A stretch of DNA of 46,669 nt, taken from a virus. Shown here one piece after another: positions 1 through 9,441 of the stretch. Each line of letters opens with the position of its first letter. Position 1 is the first letter of the stretch. The translations under genes and the position numbers were made by a program. The notes under the pieces are model-generated. The model saw nothing but the letters and a program-made list of their open reading frames with translations. It was not told where the DNA came from and did not search any database. The stretch lies in IMG/VR virus record IMGVR_UViG_3300010236_000002; one strand, written 5' to 3'.

Positions 1-99
1 GAGGCGGAGGCGGTGGAGATACCACAACTACATTAAGATATGCTCCTTATCTCGAGGGGCATCATCATCATTTGCTTGATATTGCTCGGGGAAACTATC
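1..99. repeat. Terminal overlap: nt 1-99 are identical to nt 46571-46669 (circular-assembly overlap or terminal redundancy)
   Basis: Direct comparison of the first and last 99 nt (gaggcggaggcggtggagat...gggaaactatc) shows identity. Confidence 0.95.
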
Positions 100-866
100 A
101 CGCAGCAATAGCTACTGCTTCTCCCTATGCAAGTTTCGCAGCGGTGGAGGTCGAAGATGCATTCTTTGGAGCAGGCTATGCAATTGCTAGTTTCCCAAGC
201 CTCTATGATATGTACGGTAAGTTCATGGCAGGCCTGGATATTGAGGTTCTATGGGCGCAGGAGTTTGATGATACGGTTAATGCCACTGAAGTAGACAACC
301 TTGTAGCAGCAGAGCGAGATCTTCTGGACGATGATATCGAGATGAATATCTTGCCAAGGTTTCTCACTGGGCAGAGGGATATCAACTCGGTTATGTCTTC
401 CAGCTTTGTCACTGGCAAGGCGATTGTAGAAGATGCAAGGGTGAAGTCTATTAATAAGTTTAGCAGAGAGCTTCGGTATCATCTTATACCATATGCGGTA
501 GACAGATGGAAGACACATCTGCAGTGGAACAAAGATGTAGTTATGACATATGCAGAGTTGATGAAGTTTTACTATGCTGCTAGAAGAGATGTAGATGATC
601 TTAATACCTCAATGCTTGCTAAGGATGCCCTCTGGCCCTTCACAGCGCTTGAGTACTATCGACTTGCAGTAGGCACGCTGAATGGAGCAACGAATACTTC
701 GACTGATGTAGCTGGTGGATCGAAGATTGGGTCTGCTCTTAGCGGAGCGTTAGCCGGAGGTGTCGCTGGTGGACTGATCGCAGGCACCGAAGCTGGATCA
801 TTCCTAGGTCCTTGGGGTATGGTAGGTGGTGCAATTATTGGAGGCTTATCTGGATTGCTTGGTTAA
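1..866 (+). CDS. 3' part of the junction-spanning gene (starts at ATG 46546; 296 aa in total). Gly-rich protein, putative internal virion/ejection protein.
   Basis: The frame is open from nt 3 and in phase with ATG 46546 across the 99-nt overlap. The TTG 72 start in the ORF track is internal. N-terminal GGGGKGGGGGGGG and HHHH tracts; C-terminal GxxxG-rich segment (GALAGGVAGGLIAGTEAG...GGAIIGGLSGLLG). Function is inferred from position next to the other internal-virion-type genes. Confidence 0.6.
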   Translation, partial: GGGGGDTTTTLRYAPYLEGHHHHLLDIARGNYHAAIATASPYASFAAVEVEDAFFGAGYAIASFPSLYDMYGKFMAGLDIEVLWAQEFDDTVNATEVDNLVAAERDLLDDDIEMNILPRFLTGQRDINSVMSSSFVTGKAIVEDARVKSINKFSRELRYHLIPYAVDRWKTHLQWNKDVVMTYAELMKFYYAARRDVDDLNTSMLAKDALWPFTALEYYRLAVGTLNGATNTSTDVAGGSKIGSALSGALAGGVAGGLIAGTEAGSFLGPWGMVGGAIIGGLSGLLG

Positions 867-889
867 CTATGTTTAAATTTTGAACAAAG
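867..889. repeat. Palindromic intergenic element copy 1 (ctatgtttaaattttgaacaaag)
   Basis: Lies directly after stop 866. The CAAAG end is fused to SD AAGGAG (887-892) of the CDS starting at ATG 901. Confidence 0.9.
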
Positions 890-900
890 GAGAACAATAC

Positions 901-2466
901 ATGAACTACTTCTATGGATCGGATATGTATCCTACTATAACGGAAATGAGTGAGCTTGCACCTAGTCTCGGTGGTGCAGCTGCAGCGAGTAATCCTTGGC
1001 TTTCACTAATGGCGAATCCTGCTGTGCAGACGACGCTGTTGAACTTCGCCCAGGCTCTCGACCCGAAGGGCTTCGGCGGTAGGCTTGCTGATACCACGAG
1101 ACAGGCTATACAATCAGCGCAGACTGCGAAGGCTAACGCTATGGCGACAGGAATAGGTGCGACTAATGCACAGGTACCGCAACCGGCTGTCGCGCCCCCT
1201 GCAGGGAACGCTGGTACGCAGCCAGGAACGCCTGCGCCTATTCATGATCCTATGGACATTGCGCAGCAGTATACAAAATATGGCTCGGTGTTGAAGACGC
1301 TATCAGGGATGAACCCAAACTACTTCACCCCAAATGCGAGCCTTGCCTTAGGGAATGCCTTCAACAGCCAACCTGCCGTAAACCCTACACAAGCGGTCGA
1401 TAGCCAAGCTGCTGGACAGCCTTCGGCCGCTATGAACCCTGTTCAGCCCTTCGAGATTCCAGAGACTATGGCTATGGCTATGACACCAGAGCTCGTGCAG
1501 AATGCCTTTACGCATAGGCTTAATGTGCAGAAGACTGCGAACGAGACGCGTGCACAGAATAACGCTGACGCGATGTTGCCTACGGAGATTAACTACAAGC
1601 AGGCAGCTACGGATAAGCTGAAGTGGGATATAGACCCACAGAGAGTGGAAGATACCATTCGTGTGAACAGAGAGCAGGTGATGAACTATCTCGAGTTGCA
1701 TAAGGGTAAGCAGCAATTTGATATAGACACTGCGAAGGATTTCGTCAGTAGGTTCCCTGGCTTGTCGAAGACGAAGATTCCTTATAGTAACATGACCTAT
1801 GGCCAGGCGATTACTATGGCTGCGTATAATCCGCAGGGGAGTCAGAACATCTCTGGGCTTATCAACGCTGGGCTTGATTATAGAGCACAGATGGCTAGAA
1901 TGAACGCAGATATGGAGATGACAAAGATCAGAGCCGTTGCGGAAGGTAAAGCTGTAGATGCTAATAAGATGTTTCTTACATATGAGAAGGTGAATAAGGA
2001 TATAATGCATTATAGCAGCGATATTCCTGCAAAAGAATGGGAAGCTATGAAGCCCGAGCAACAAAGGGAAGCTATTGCGCTAGGTAGAAATCCGAGAACT
2101 CCAGAACGAGAGCAAGCTCTGCAACAAGCCATTATGCTTAGAGATACTATCGGTAGGCAGTTGATGCCTAACACTTATGATGACTTCAAAGTTGTAGAGC
2201 AGAACGCATCCAAAGCGGCAGGCGGTGTAACCCCTGGTATTCAGAGCGAGATAAATAAACTTCCCTATGGCTATACAGCACAGACAGACAAGCGTGCACC
2301 TGGTAGTGAATCTAGACCATTTACGTTGAAGGCAGATCCACAGAAGCTGAAAGATGTAGAACGTTCTATGCCAACAGTAGGTGGGCCAACAAAGCCTAAG
2401 AGTGTGCCTAGTAGCATGTGGCAGATGATGAATATCTTCAATTCTCCTTATGGAGGTAAGTCGTGA
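901..2466 (+). CDS. Hypothetical virion protein (521 aa), putative internal/ejection protein
   Basis: ATG 901 lies 8 nt after AAGGAG. The TTG 880 of the ORF track lies inside the palindrome and is less likely. Ala/Gln/Pro-rich with no catalytic motif recognised. The stop overlaps the GTG of the next gene (GTGA). Confidence 0.6.
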   Translation: MNYFYGSDMYPTITEMSELAPSLGGAAAASNPWLSLMANPAVQTTLLNFAQALDPKGFGGRLADTTRQAIQSAQTAKANAMATGIGATNAQVPQPAVAPPAGNAGTQPGTPAPIHDPMDIAQQYTKYGSVLKTLSGMNPNYFTPNASLALGNAFNSQPAVNPTQAVDSQAAGQPSAAMNPVQPFEIPETMAMAMTPELVQNAFTHRLNVQKTANETRAQNNADAMLPTEINYKQAATDKLKWDIDPQRVEDTIRVNREQVMNYLELHKGKQQFDIDTAKDFVSRFPGLSKTKIPYSNMTYGQAITMAAYNPQGSQNISGLINAGLDYRAQMARMNADMEMTKIRAVAEGKAVDANKMFLTYEKVNKDIMHYSSDIPAKEWEAMKPEQQREAIALGRNPRTPEREQALQQAIMLRDTIGRQLMPNTYDDFKVVEQNASKAAGGVTPGIQSEINKLPYGYTAQTDKRAPGSESRPFTLKADPQKLKDVERSMPTVGGPTKPKSVPSSMWQMMNIFNSPYGGKS

Positions 2467-5400
2467 ACGTAGTACTTCCTAATGGACAGATGATAGAGTT
2501 CCCTGATGGTACGAGGCAGGAGGTTATAGATGCATACCTTGCGAAGTATCCTGTAGGCCAGAAGCCAACTGAGGAGCCAGGGATAGGTGGGAGAATAGTT
2601 GGACACCTGTCTCGAGGTACAGCGAATACTCTGCAGATGCTCGACAACCTGGCGTCGTATGATAAGACTGGTTTGATGCAGCCTACAACGAAGGAGCAAG
2701 AGTTCTTTCGGCAGAATAAGTATGCCAGAGCAGTTGAGGAGCATCCGGAGAAGACTTGGTATGGGCAGCTAGGTGCAGGGCTGGTAGAGTTTGCCCCCGA
2801 GATGCCGCTGTATAGCATGGGTGGAGGCCTTGCGCTTCGTGGAGCTGCTACGATTCCAAAGGTTGGGAAGTATGCACAGGCGTTGCTTACGAAGTCTCCT
2901 ACTGCTCTTGGGCGCTATGGGAAGGCGATAGCAAGAGGTGGAGTAGAAGGTGGCGTGGTAGGTACAGTTGCCGGTACGCCTGCAGATACGCCGCTAGGTG
3001 AGAAGCTTCTGGAGGGTGGGAAGGGTGCACTGGAGTTTGCCGGTGCGGTTACAGTTCTGCATCCTGCATTTGCCGGTCTTGGGCTTGTCGGTAAGTCGAT
3101 ACTTCGTAGGCTCGGGAAGAAAGCAACGCCAGAGAAGGTAGAGCTTGAGCTAGAGAAGCGTGCAGAGAAAGACCCTAAGGCTGCTGAGGAGCTACAGGCA
3201 CTGAGGGAAGCAAGGGCAGAAGAGCCAGCTAAGACAGAGGAAGGCGAGCTATACGTCCCTGGGAAGGGAGAGAAGCTAGAGCAAGGTGAGCTCTTTGTGG
3301 AAATGCCAGGAGAGGCAGAAACGAAGAAGCTGAACGAGCTTGGCTTTGATAACGCGACGATTGAGCAGAAGCTGAGGGAAGGGAAAGATCAAGAGCTGAT
3401 TAATGCGATTGAGAAGGAGATACCTAATGATAAAGCGAACGAGCCAGGGGTACCAAGTGAAGTCGGAGGAAGGGAAGAAGCTGTCAAAGCCGACGTTATC
3501 GAGAGTGCAGGCAAGGAGGAGGCTGGCGCAGGTGGAGTGGTTCAAGAAGCACAAGGGGAAGCAACGAAGGTTGAGGAGGTAGGTACAGGCGAAGCCACCT
3601 CTGTTCAAAAATTAAACATAGAAGAACCGAAGAAGATAGAAGACATTCTTCCTCCAGAGGACGTAGCTAAAGCGAAAGCAGACGTCGCGAAGATAGAGGA
3701 GATAAAAAACGAAGAGAAGCCTGTTCCTACGGAAGAGAGCAAAGAAGCAGCAGTAGATAGTCTAGAGCAACGCCTCAACAAGCCACTCGAAGAAGGTGAA
3801 GAGATAGACTGGGATATGCTTCGAGACCTTGAGGGTACAGATGATCCTGTTGCGAAAGCGCTTGTAGAGAATATTCCGAGCAGCGGAGGTGAGCTTGCAG
3901 AGAGGCTAAGCTTCAGGCAGATGGTAGAGAAGGCGAAGGCTGAGGGGAAGGTTGAGGGTGTTTCTACGAAGCCAATCGAGACAAAGAACAAGAAGGGCAC
4001 GATCCGTAGAAGGAAAGCCACCAAGACTCCAGGGGACAAGCAGACTGTCAACGTACAGAAAGAAGCAGCAGCAGAACTTAAGGCTGAGTGGGAGAAGATA
4101 CTCGCAGACGAGGGGATGCCTGAGGAGCTTGGAAGGGAAGAGCTGCCTACAGAGAGTCTAGACTCCAGCTTTGATAGAGATGGAGCGCTAGATTTCAGTG
4201 ATCAAAGCATGTCGGTCTATAATAATATCGAAGATGGAGTTTACTTAGATAGCCTAGGCTTTCAGCAGATGTACCTGAAGCTTGCACCTTATGCTACCAA
4301 AAGTGCTCAGGCTCTAGGCCATCTCGGCAAGTTCATCTACATGGAAGGGCATAGGACGTTTGCAGAGTTTTCTAGCAAGCTGAAAGAAGTGCTGGGTGAG
4401 AGTTGGAATGCTGTTCGTCGCTACGCCAGGGATGCCTACAACGCTGCGAAAGAGTGGAATGATAGACTAGGCGAAGGTGGGTGGATTAGAGTTGGCCAGG
4501 GTGGTGCTAGTGAACTTGCAGGCGGAAGGATACAGGATAAGTTTATAGGTACAGGTGAAGGGTCAGGCCGCACAGCCTATACGGGTATGAAAGGTTGGGG
4601 GCATTACTTTAGCGCTGCGAAAGATGTCTATGAGTGGTATGCTGAGACTATTGGAGGGGCTAGACCTGGAGGTAAGAAGCACGTTCATGAGTTTGATCTT
4701 TCTATAGGACCTAGATATACATATAAAGGAGAAGAATTAAACGCTAATGATTTTGGGGCAGCTGATGCATATTTAGATCGAGGAGATATACCAGGCGCTA
4801 TTGAAATGCTAAATGATGTATCTCGGAGGGCTAAAGTTAATGGTGATATGAAAGGTAGTGAACACTTCAAAGCTATGGCAGATATAGTAGCTAGTCCTGA
4901 CTTTTCTTATAGTAATAAAAACACACTTAATCTACTTAATCTCGATCAAGAGATTCCTAAAGAGCAAGCTAAAACTATATCAGATGCTCTTAATTCATAC
5001 TTAGAAAAGGCAGATGATAGAAACAGAGATTATATCGAGATGCTGAAGAGAGAACTTGATCAAGATGTCCCTTATATTACTGGGACAGAAGTTCAAGCTA
5101 ATCTCCAGCTTATCTTTGGCGGTAAGAATGCATCGAAGTTTCTTACAAAGAAAGCAGGTATCCATGGAAATACCTATATCGGAGAAGAAAGTGGCGAACG
5201 TAACTACGTAATCTTCGACGAGAAGAACGTCCCGCCTCCAGTTAACCACTACACCCTCGACATGCTAGGTATGCATCAAATGTACGAGTGGGGCAGGAAG
5301 CTCGTTGCTTCTCGTCGTGCACAGAAGAACGCTCCCTCGAACGGAATTATAGCTGAGCTAAATGGGAAGACGCTTACAGCGAAAGACGATGCAGAGTTTG

Positions 5401-7961
5401 TAGAGGGCTCTATGCGCTCTCTCGAAGGCTTTAGAAGCCTTGCAGTCAAGGCGAAGATTATGACGCCTGATTTTGCGGTTAAGGACAACGAGAAGGTCTC
5501 ACCGTTAGTGTTCGATCTGCATAAGCGGTTCATGGAGGGCTTGCACAATGCATCTAAGCGAAACGAGGTAGTGCGTGCAGCTGAGACGTTGCTGGGCTCG
5601 ACAGGAGATAAAGAGGCTCTGAAGAATATTCTCGAAGGTAGAGAGATTCCTAAGAATAAAGACCTCAGAGACGCAGCCCTCATGATACGTGGTGAGCTAG
5701 AAGCTATTCGCGAAAAGATGAAAGACCACTTACGAGTGCAGATGATAGAGAATCTGAACAAGCATGAGTTCGCTGTCATAGCGCAGGTTCTTGCAGGGAA
5801 GGATATATCAGAAGCGATTGCTAGCTACATTCCGAGGGATAAGCTCGGGCGTAGGATGAAGAGCCCAGTTGATCGCGTGGTTATAGAAGATATTGTAAAA
5901 GAGTATAATGCGTTAGATAACTGGGGACTTGATAACTACTTCACCCACTATGAGCGTGGATCGCTACGTATTGTGAGTGGAGGGAAGCTGTATGCGAAGG
6001 CTATCTCCGTGGAGGATGCCGCGAGGAAGTTTATTGATCTAAATAACATGTATCCAGAGCTTGACTTCCAACTCGATACAGCGCACATGCAAGGAGAGCT
6101 TGCTACAGGCATTAGCAATCGAAGCTATAGTCTTATCATGAAAGACCTCGAGCGAGGGTTGAGTGAAACTATCGACGGAATCAACGGTGCAGTGAAGAGA
6201 AGGCTCGCACAAAAGACACTTGAGAGTCGCTTCTTTATTAAGCCATCTAAGCAGTTCTCTCCCTATACGCTTGATAGGCGAGCACGTCTCCAAGGTGAAA
6301 AGAATCCCTTTGATGTTCTCTATCACTATATGTATAGCATGGAGAAGAAGATGGCTCTTGACCCTGCGATAGATGCTATTCGCAAGGCCATGGCTAGGAA
6401 GGATGTTATAGGGCAGGAAGCGTACACAGCGAAAGATGGCTCAACGAAGATGAGAGACATCAAGCAGAACTATCTGACAGACGAAGAGAGTAAGTTTCTC
6501 GAGAACTATGTGGCCGATGTGAAGGGTAGGCTATACAAGGAGGATGAGTTCGTAGACGGCATTCTCAAGGGCTTCGTTGCGCCAAGGGCTTACTCACGAT
6601 TCGTAGCCAGGTCACGTGAAGTTGAAGCAAACCTTAAGTTTGCATATCGTCCAGTAGCAGGCTTCATCAATGGGCTTAGTGGACTAGGGCATGTGTGGAC
6701 GAAGACTGGATTGAAGTACACGACGGAAGGCGCAGCGTTCTTGCGTACAAAGGAAGGTAAAGCGTTCATTCGAGACATGGAACCTTACCTGGGCATGAAT
6801 GTAGTCGAGAGTGCGACTGGTGAGCTAACGACTCGTGGGACGTTCGAGAGAATGCGCCTGCTACCTGCACCTAAGACTAAGCTTGGTGAGTTCGGTCACA
6901 AGGCAATCGAACCTATGGCATTCTTCCAGGCACCTGAGCTTCCAGTGCGTAAGTTGACCATGGCTGCGAACTATCTCATGGCTAAGAGCGAAGGGCTCAG
7001 TGAGGCTGCGTGTAGGGATGCTGCGATTAAGGCTACATGGTTTCAGCAGTTTAGCTACGACATAGCTTCGTTGCCAGAGCTAATGCGAGGACCTACAGGC
7101 AGGTTAGTGACACAGTTCAAGCCATACCTTGTGAAAGAGCTAGAGTTCATCAGCCAGCTACGTGGTTGGGAGATTGCCCGCTATGCAGGAATGCAAGTAG
7201 CTCTAGGTGGACCTCGCGGGCTGATTATGGTCGCTAAAAGTATACCAATACTTGGTGCGTTCTATGGCTGGGGTGAACTTGAGGATTATCTAAACAAAGA
7301 GTTCCCGAGGGCTAGCCGAGGTATAGGTGGGGTTATGGGAGTTGATATATCTGCACCTGCGACATTCCAGTTTCCTCAGGCTATGCGAGATTGGATAGGG
7401 CCAACACTTAGCGATCTTACGAACCTGTACAAGAATGTACTCTCTTCAACAGTGGAGAACATAGTCAACTTTATGAACCCAGATACGCCAGATATAGAGG
7501 TAGGTAAGTTTGCTAGGAGCGCGGTGCCTATCTTCAAGCATTATGCTAATCTATGGGATCAGGTGGTGAGCAAAGATGGCTGGGTGAAAGATGAGAGAGG
7601 AAGAAGGCTGTGGCATATAGACAGCATGGCTACATTCACGGCCAAGAGTCTCGCTGGTGCGGAGAGCCTAGAGCTTGCTAGGATTCGTACTTATGAAAGG
7701 AACCTTCGTGAGAAGGAGAGGAGAATAGATGATGCTAAGACTGGTACAGTGGATAGCATTCTCGATGCCATTGAGAAGGGAAAGCCCATTGAGAAGGAGG
7801 ATATTGATACTATGGTTCGCTTAGGAATCAAGCCTCAGACTCTACGGCGGGCATATAGAAACCGAGTGCTTGATCCTAAGCTACGAAGGACTTTGATGAC
7901 GGAAGTTATCCGCCGGCCTGAGATTCTTGAGGAGTACCCTGATGCGAACGATTTAGAGTAG
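2463..7961 (+). CDS. Giant (1832 aa) multi-domain virion protein, polyvalent/internal ejection protein class
   Basis: GTG 2463 lies 6 nt after GGAGG (2452-2456). N-terminal MNVVLPNGQMIEFPDG motif, long E/K-rich acidic linker, and several globular modules including GWGHYFSA...GIHGNTYIGEESGERNYVIFDEKNV. It is the last gene of the rightward block and is followed by a terminator. The functional class is an inference. Confidence 0.6.
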   Translation: MNVVLPNGQMIEFPDGTRQEVIDAYLAKYPVGQKPTEEPGIGGRIVGHLSRGTANTLQMLDNLASYDKTGLMQPTTKEQEFFRQNKYARAVEEHPEKTWYGQLGAGLVEFAPEMPLYSMGGGLALRGAATIPKVGKYAQALLTKSPTALGRYGKAIARGGVEGGVVGTVAGTPADTPLGEKLLEGGKGALEFAGAVTVLHPAFAGLGLVGKSILRRLGKKATPEKVELELEKRAEKDPKAAEELQALREARAEEPAKTEEGELYVPGKGEKLEQGELFVEMPGEAETKKLNELGFDNATIEQKLREGKDQELINAIEKEIPNDKANEPGVPSEVGGREEAVKADVIESAGKEEAGAGGVVQEAQGEATKVEEVGTGEATSVQKLNIEEPKKIEDILPPEDVAKAKADVAKIEEIKNEEKPVPTEESKEAAVDSLEQRLNKPLEEGEEIDWDMLRDLEGTDDPVAKALVENIPSSGGELAERLSFRQMVEKAKAEGKVEGVSTKPIETKNKKGTIRRRKATKTPGDKQTVNVQKEAAAELKAEWEKILADEGMPEELGREELPTESLDSSFDRDGALDFSDQSMSVYNNIEDGVYLDSLGFQQMYLKLAPYATKSAQALGHLGKFIYMEGHRTFAEFSSKLKEVLGESWNAVRRYARDAYNAAKEWNDRLGEGGWIRVGQGGASELAGGRIQDKFIGTGEGSGRTAYTGMKGWGHYFSAAKDVYEWYAETIGGARPGGKKHVHEFDLSIGPRYTYKGEELNANDFGAADAYLDRGDIPGAIEMLNDVSRRAKVNGDMKGSEHFKAMADIVASPDFSYSNKNTLNLLNLDQEIPKEQAKTISDALNSYLEKADDRNRDYIEMLKRELDQDVPYITGTEVQANLQLIFGGKNASKFLTKKAGIHGNTYIGEESGERNYVIFDEKNVPPPVNHYTLDMLGMHQMYEWGRKLVASRRAQKNAPSNGIIAELNGKTLTAKDDAEFVEGSMRSLEGFRSLAVKAKIMTPDFAVKDNEKVSPLVFDLHKRFMEGLHNASKRNEVVRAAETLLGSTGDKEALKNILEGREIPKNKDLRDAALMIRGELEAIREKMKDHLRVQMIENLNKHEFAVIAQVLAGKDISEAIASYIPRDKLGRRMKSPVDRVVIEDIVKEYNALDNWGLDNYFTHYERGSLRIVSGGKLYAKAISVEDAARKFIDLNNMYPELDFQLDTAHMQGELATGISNRSYSLIMKDLERGLSETIDGINGAVKRRLAQKTLESRFFIKPSKQFSPYTLDRRARLQGEKNPFDVLYHYMYSMEKKMALDPAIDAIRKAMARKDVIGQEAYTAKDGSTKMRDIKQNYLTDEESKFLENYVADVKGRLYKEDEFVDGILKGFVAPRAYSRFVARSREVEANLKFAYRPVAGFINGLSGLGHVWTKTGLKYTTEGAAFLRTKEGKAFIRDMEPYLGMNVVESATGELTTRGTFERMRLLPAPKTKLGEFGHKAIEPMAFFQAPELPVRKLTMAANYLMAKSEGLSEAACRDAAIKATWFQQFSYDIASLPELMRGPTGRLVTQFKPYLVKELEFISQLRGWEIARYAGMQVALGGPRGLIMVAKSIPILGAFYGWGELEDYLNKEFPRASRGIGGVMGVDISAPATFQFPQAMRDWIGPTLSDLTNLYKNVLSSTVENIVNFMNPDTPDIEVGKFARSAVPIFKHYANLWDQVVSKDGWVKDERGRRLWHIDSMATFTAKSLAGAESLELARIRTYERNLREKERRIDDAKTGTVDSILDAIEKGKPIEKEDIDTMVRLGIKPQTLRRAYRNRVLDPKLRRTLMTEVIRRPEILEEYPDANDLE

Positions 7962-8220
7962 CTACTGCAGCCCTCATTCTTTTCTTTAGATGTACGAGAG
8001 GATGAGGGTTTTCTTTTCTCTTTCGCTTCTTTTCCTGTTTTGCTAGATAGGCTTTCTTCTGATATTCTTTTTCACACTCTATGCAATTCGATCTATAGCC
8101 GTCGACTCTATTCTTTTGCACATAGAAGAACTTTGCTGTGTCTTCGATTGCACAGCTGAAGCTACACTTTGAGCAATACCTTCTACCATCTTTTATATAC
8201 TTTGGTTTATACCTATTCAT
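7906..8220 (-). CDS. Zinc-ribbon protein (104 aa), Lys/Arg-rich C-terminus
   Basis: ATG 8220 has SD AAGGAA fused to palindrome copy 2. Contains CSKC...CIEC cysteine pairs. The last 56 nt overlap the convergent 1832-aa gene and the terminator hairpin, so the C-terminus is uncertain. Confidence 0.5.
   Translation of the reverse strand: MNRYKPKYIKDGRRYCSKCSFSCAIEDTAKFFYVQKNRVDGYRSNCIECEKEYQKKAYLAKQEKKRKRKENPHPLVHLKKRMRAAVATLNRSHQGTPQESQAGG
7971..8020 (+). terminator. Intrinsic terminator at the convergence point of the two transcription blocks
   Basis: CCCTCAT (7971-7977) pairs with ATGAGGG (8002-8008), with additional inner pairs. It is followed by TTTTCTTTTCTC and begins 10 nt after stop 7961. 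Confidence 0.6.
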
Positions 8221-8227
8221 ATTGTTC

Positions 8228-8250
8228 CTTTGTTTAAAATTTGAACATAG
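8228..8250. repeat. Palindromic intergenic element copy 2 (ctttgtttaaaatttgaacatag)
   Basis: Lies between stop 8251 of the helicase-like gene and the SD/ATG 8220 of the next minus-strand gene. Confidence 0.9.
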
Positions 8251-9441
8251 TTATTGTTGTTCGTAATCTTCATTATACTGCAGATACGTAGAACTTCCCT
8301 TGACAACCGTTCGGCAGAAGTTCATCTCCATAAGTGTAGCAGTTATTGCTGCGAGGGTGCGACTATCTGCGTCTAGGTATGTCATTCTCTGGAGCTCTGC
8401 TATACTTATCTCTTTCCTGCTCCCTATAATAGCCATCACTCGGTTCAGAGTATCGGCTTCTCTATTCTTCCCATATCCAGCAAACGTATGCGGCATGTTT
8501 CGCTCAGTTCGCTCTAGAATGTCCAGTGCTCGAAGGAAGTCCTCGTCTGTCAGAACCATATCGCCACAGCGACTAGCATTCATTATCATAGAGAGCTTCC
8601 ATAGATGCGTTGGCTTTCGCTCGAAGTATGGGGCGAAGCGATGATCGTCAAAGGGAGGCGGGCTATTGTCCGCTTTATAGTACCACTTTGTATAGACGTC
8701 GATAAAGCTATCGCTACATTGGAAGTTACCTTGCATCATCGAGATCTGTTCTAGGTCTATTAGCAACCGAGTCCCCAGTTCCTTTTCTTCTGGCGTTAGG
8801 AATGGCGCCAGCTCTGTGTGGTCTTTATTGCTTTCGTAGACAAAGATCATTCGACTTGTGAGGCCACCACCAATAGCATCAGGAGGCAGGGTTGAGTTGA
8901 GCAGTGCAGGTGTTGTTGCACCTATCAGGTTCACCCAGACTCCGGTTATGTCATCTGTTCCCATATTCTTCGTTCGATATTCCCAAGAGTCGCTACAGTC
9001 AAACCAGTCAGTCAAGTCCATCATCAGTTGTATGTTGTTGTATCCTAAGAATACAGTTAGTTCCTTGCTGAAGATCGTCAGCGAGGAGTGTAAGTACATC
9101 CTTCCACTCGCGTCTATGTGAGTATCTGAACTCGTTTTTAACTGATGTATCAAGGCCTCTCGGGTGATTGAGGAGCTCGATAGCTTTATCCCTAATTCTT
9201 TCAGGAAGCTTTCGCCGACAGACATAGCAGTCCCTTTTCGACACCGTCCTGGAGGACCAACAAGAACAATATACAGGTTCGGATATACGTTTATAGTGCC
9301 CCATTCGAGTTTAGTCTTCCTCCTCATACACGCAGCAATCACTGAGATAGCTGTCCATGTGTGATACATCCTCGGCGGCTCTGATCTCAAGGTGAATTCT
9401 AGATAACTCTCGAGCCAATCCTTGCACAGTCTCGTGCCCAT
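8251..9441 (-). CDS. P-loop NTPase, DUF3987/primase-helicase-like replication protein (396 aa)
   Basis: ATG 9441 has SD AAAGGAG upstream. P-loop-like LVGPPGRCRKGT, hydrophobic-acidic MIFVYE, and an N-terminal DWLESYLEF...YHTW segment typical of phage DUF3987-type proteins. The 5' 131 nt overlap the 3' end of the polymerase gene. Confidence 0.55.
   Translation of the reverse strand: MGTRLCKDWLESYLEFTLRSEPPRMYHTWTAISVIAACMRRKTKLEWGTINVYPNLYIVLVGPPGRCRKGTAMSVGESFLKELGIKLSSSSITREALIHQLKTSSDTHIDASGRMYLHSSLTIFSKELTVFLGYNNIQLMMDLTDWFDCSDSWEYRTKNMGTDDITGVWVNLIGATTPALLNSTLPPDAIGGGLTSRMIFVYESNKDHTELAPFLTPEEKELGTRLLIDLEQISMMQGNFQCSDSFIDVYTKWYYKADNSPPPFDDHRFAPYFERKPTHLWKLSMIMNASRCGDMVLTDEDFLRALDILERTERNMPHTFAGYGKNREADTLNRVMAIIGSRKEISIAELQRMTYLDADSRTLAAITATLMEMNFCRTVVKGSSTYLQYNEDYEQQ

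Noticed and set aside
880-900. TTG 880 start for the 901-2466 gene, and similar upstream extensions in the ORF track (22346, 26343, 27442, 35028, 37994, 39968, 40365, 46070)
   Set aside because: Each extension lacks an SD or runs through a palindrome, terminator or upstream gene. A downstream ATG/GTG with a well-spaced AGGAG-type SD exists in every case.
3276-4161. ORFs antisense to, or out of frame within, the acidic linker of the 1832-aa gene (3276-3608, 3605-4051, 3952-4161)
   Set aside because: These are artefacts of the GAA/GAG/AAG-rich repeat coding region. They have no SD and sit inside a long, well-supported frame.
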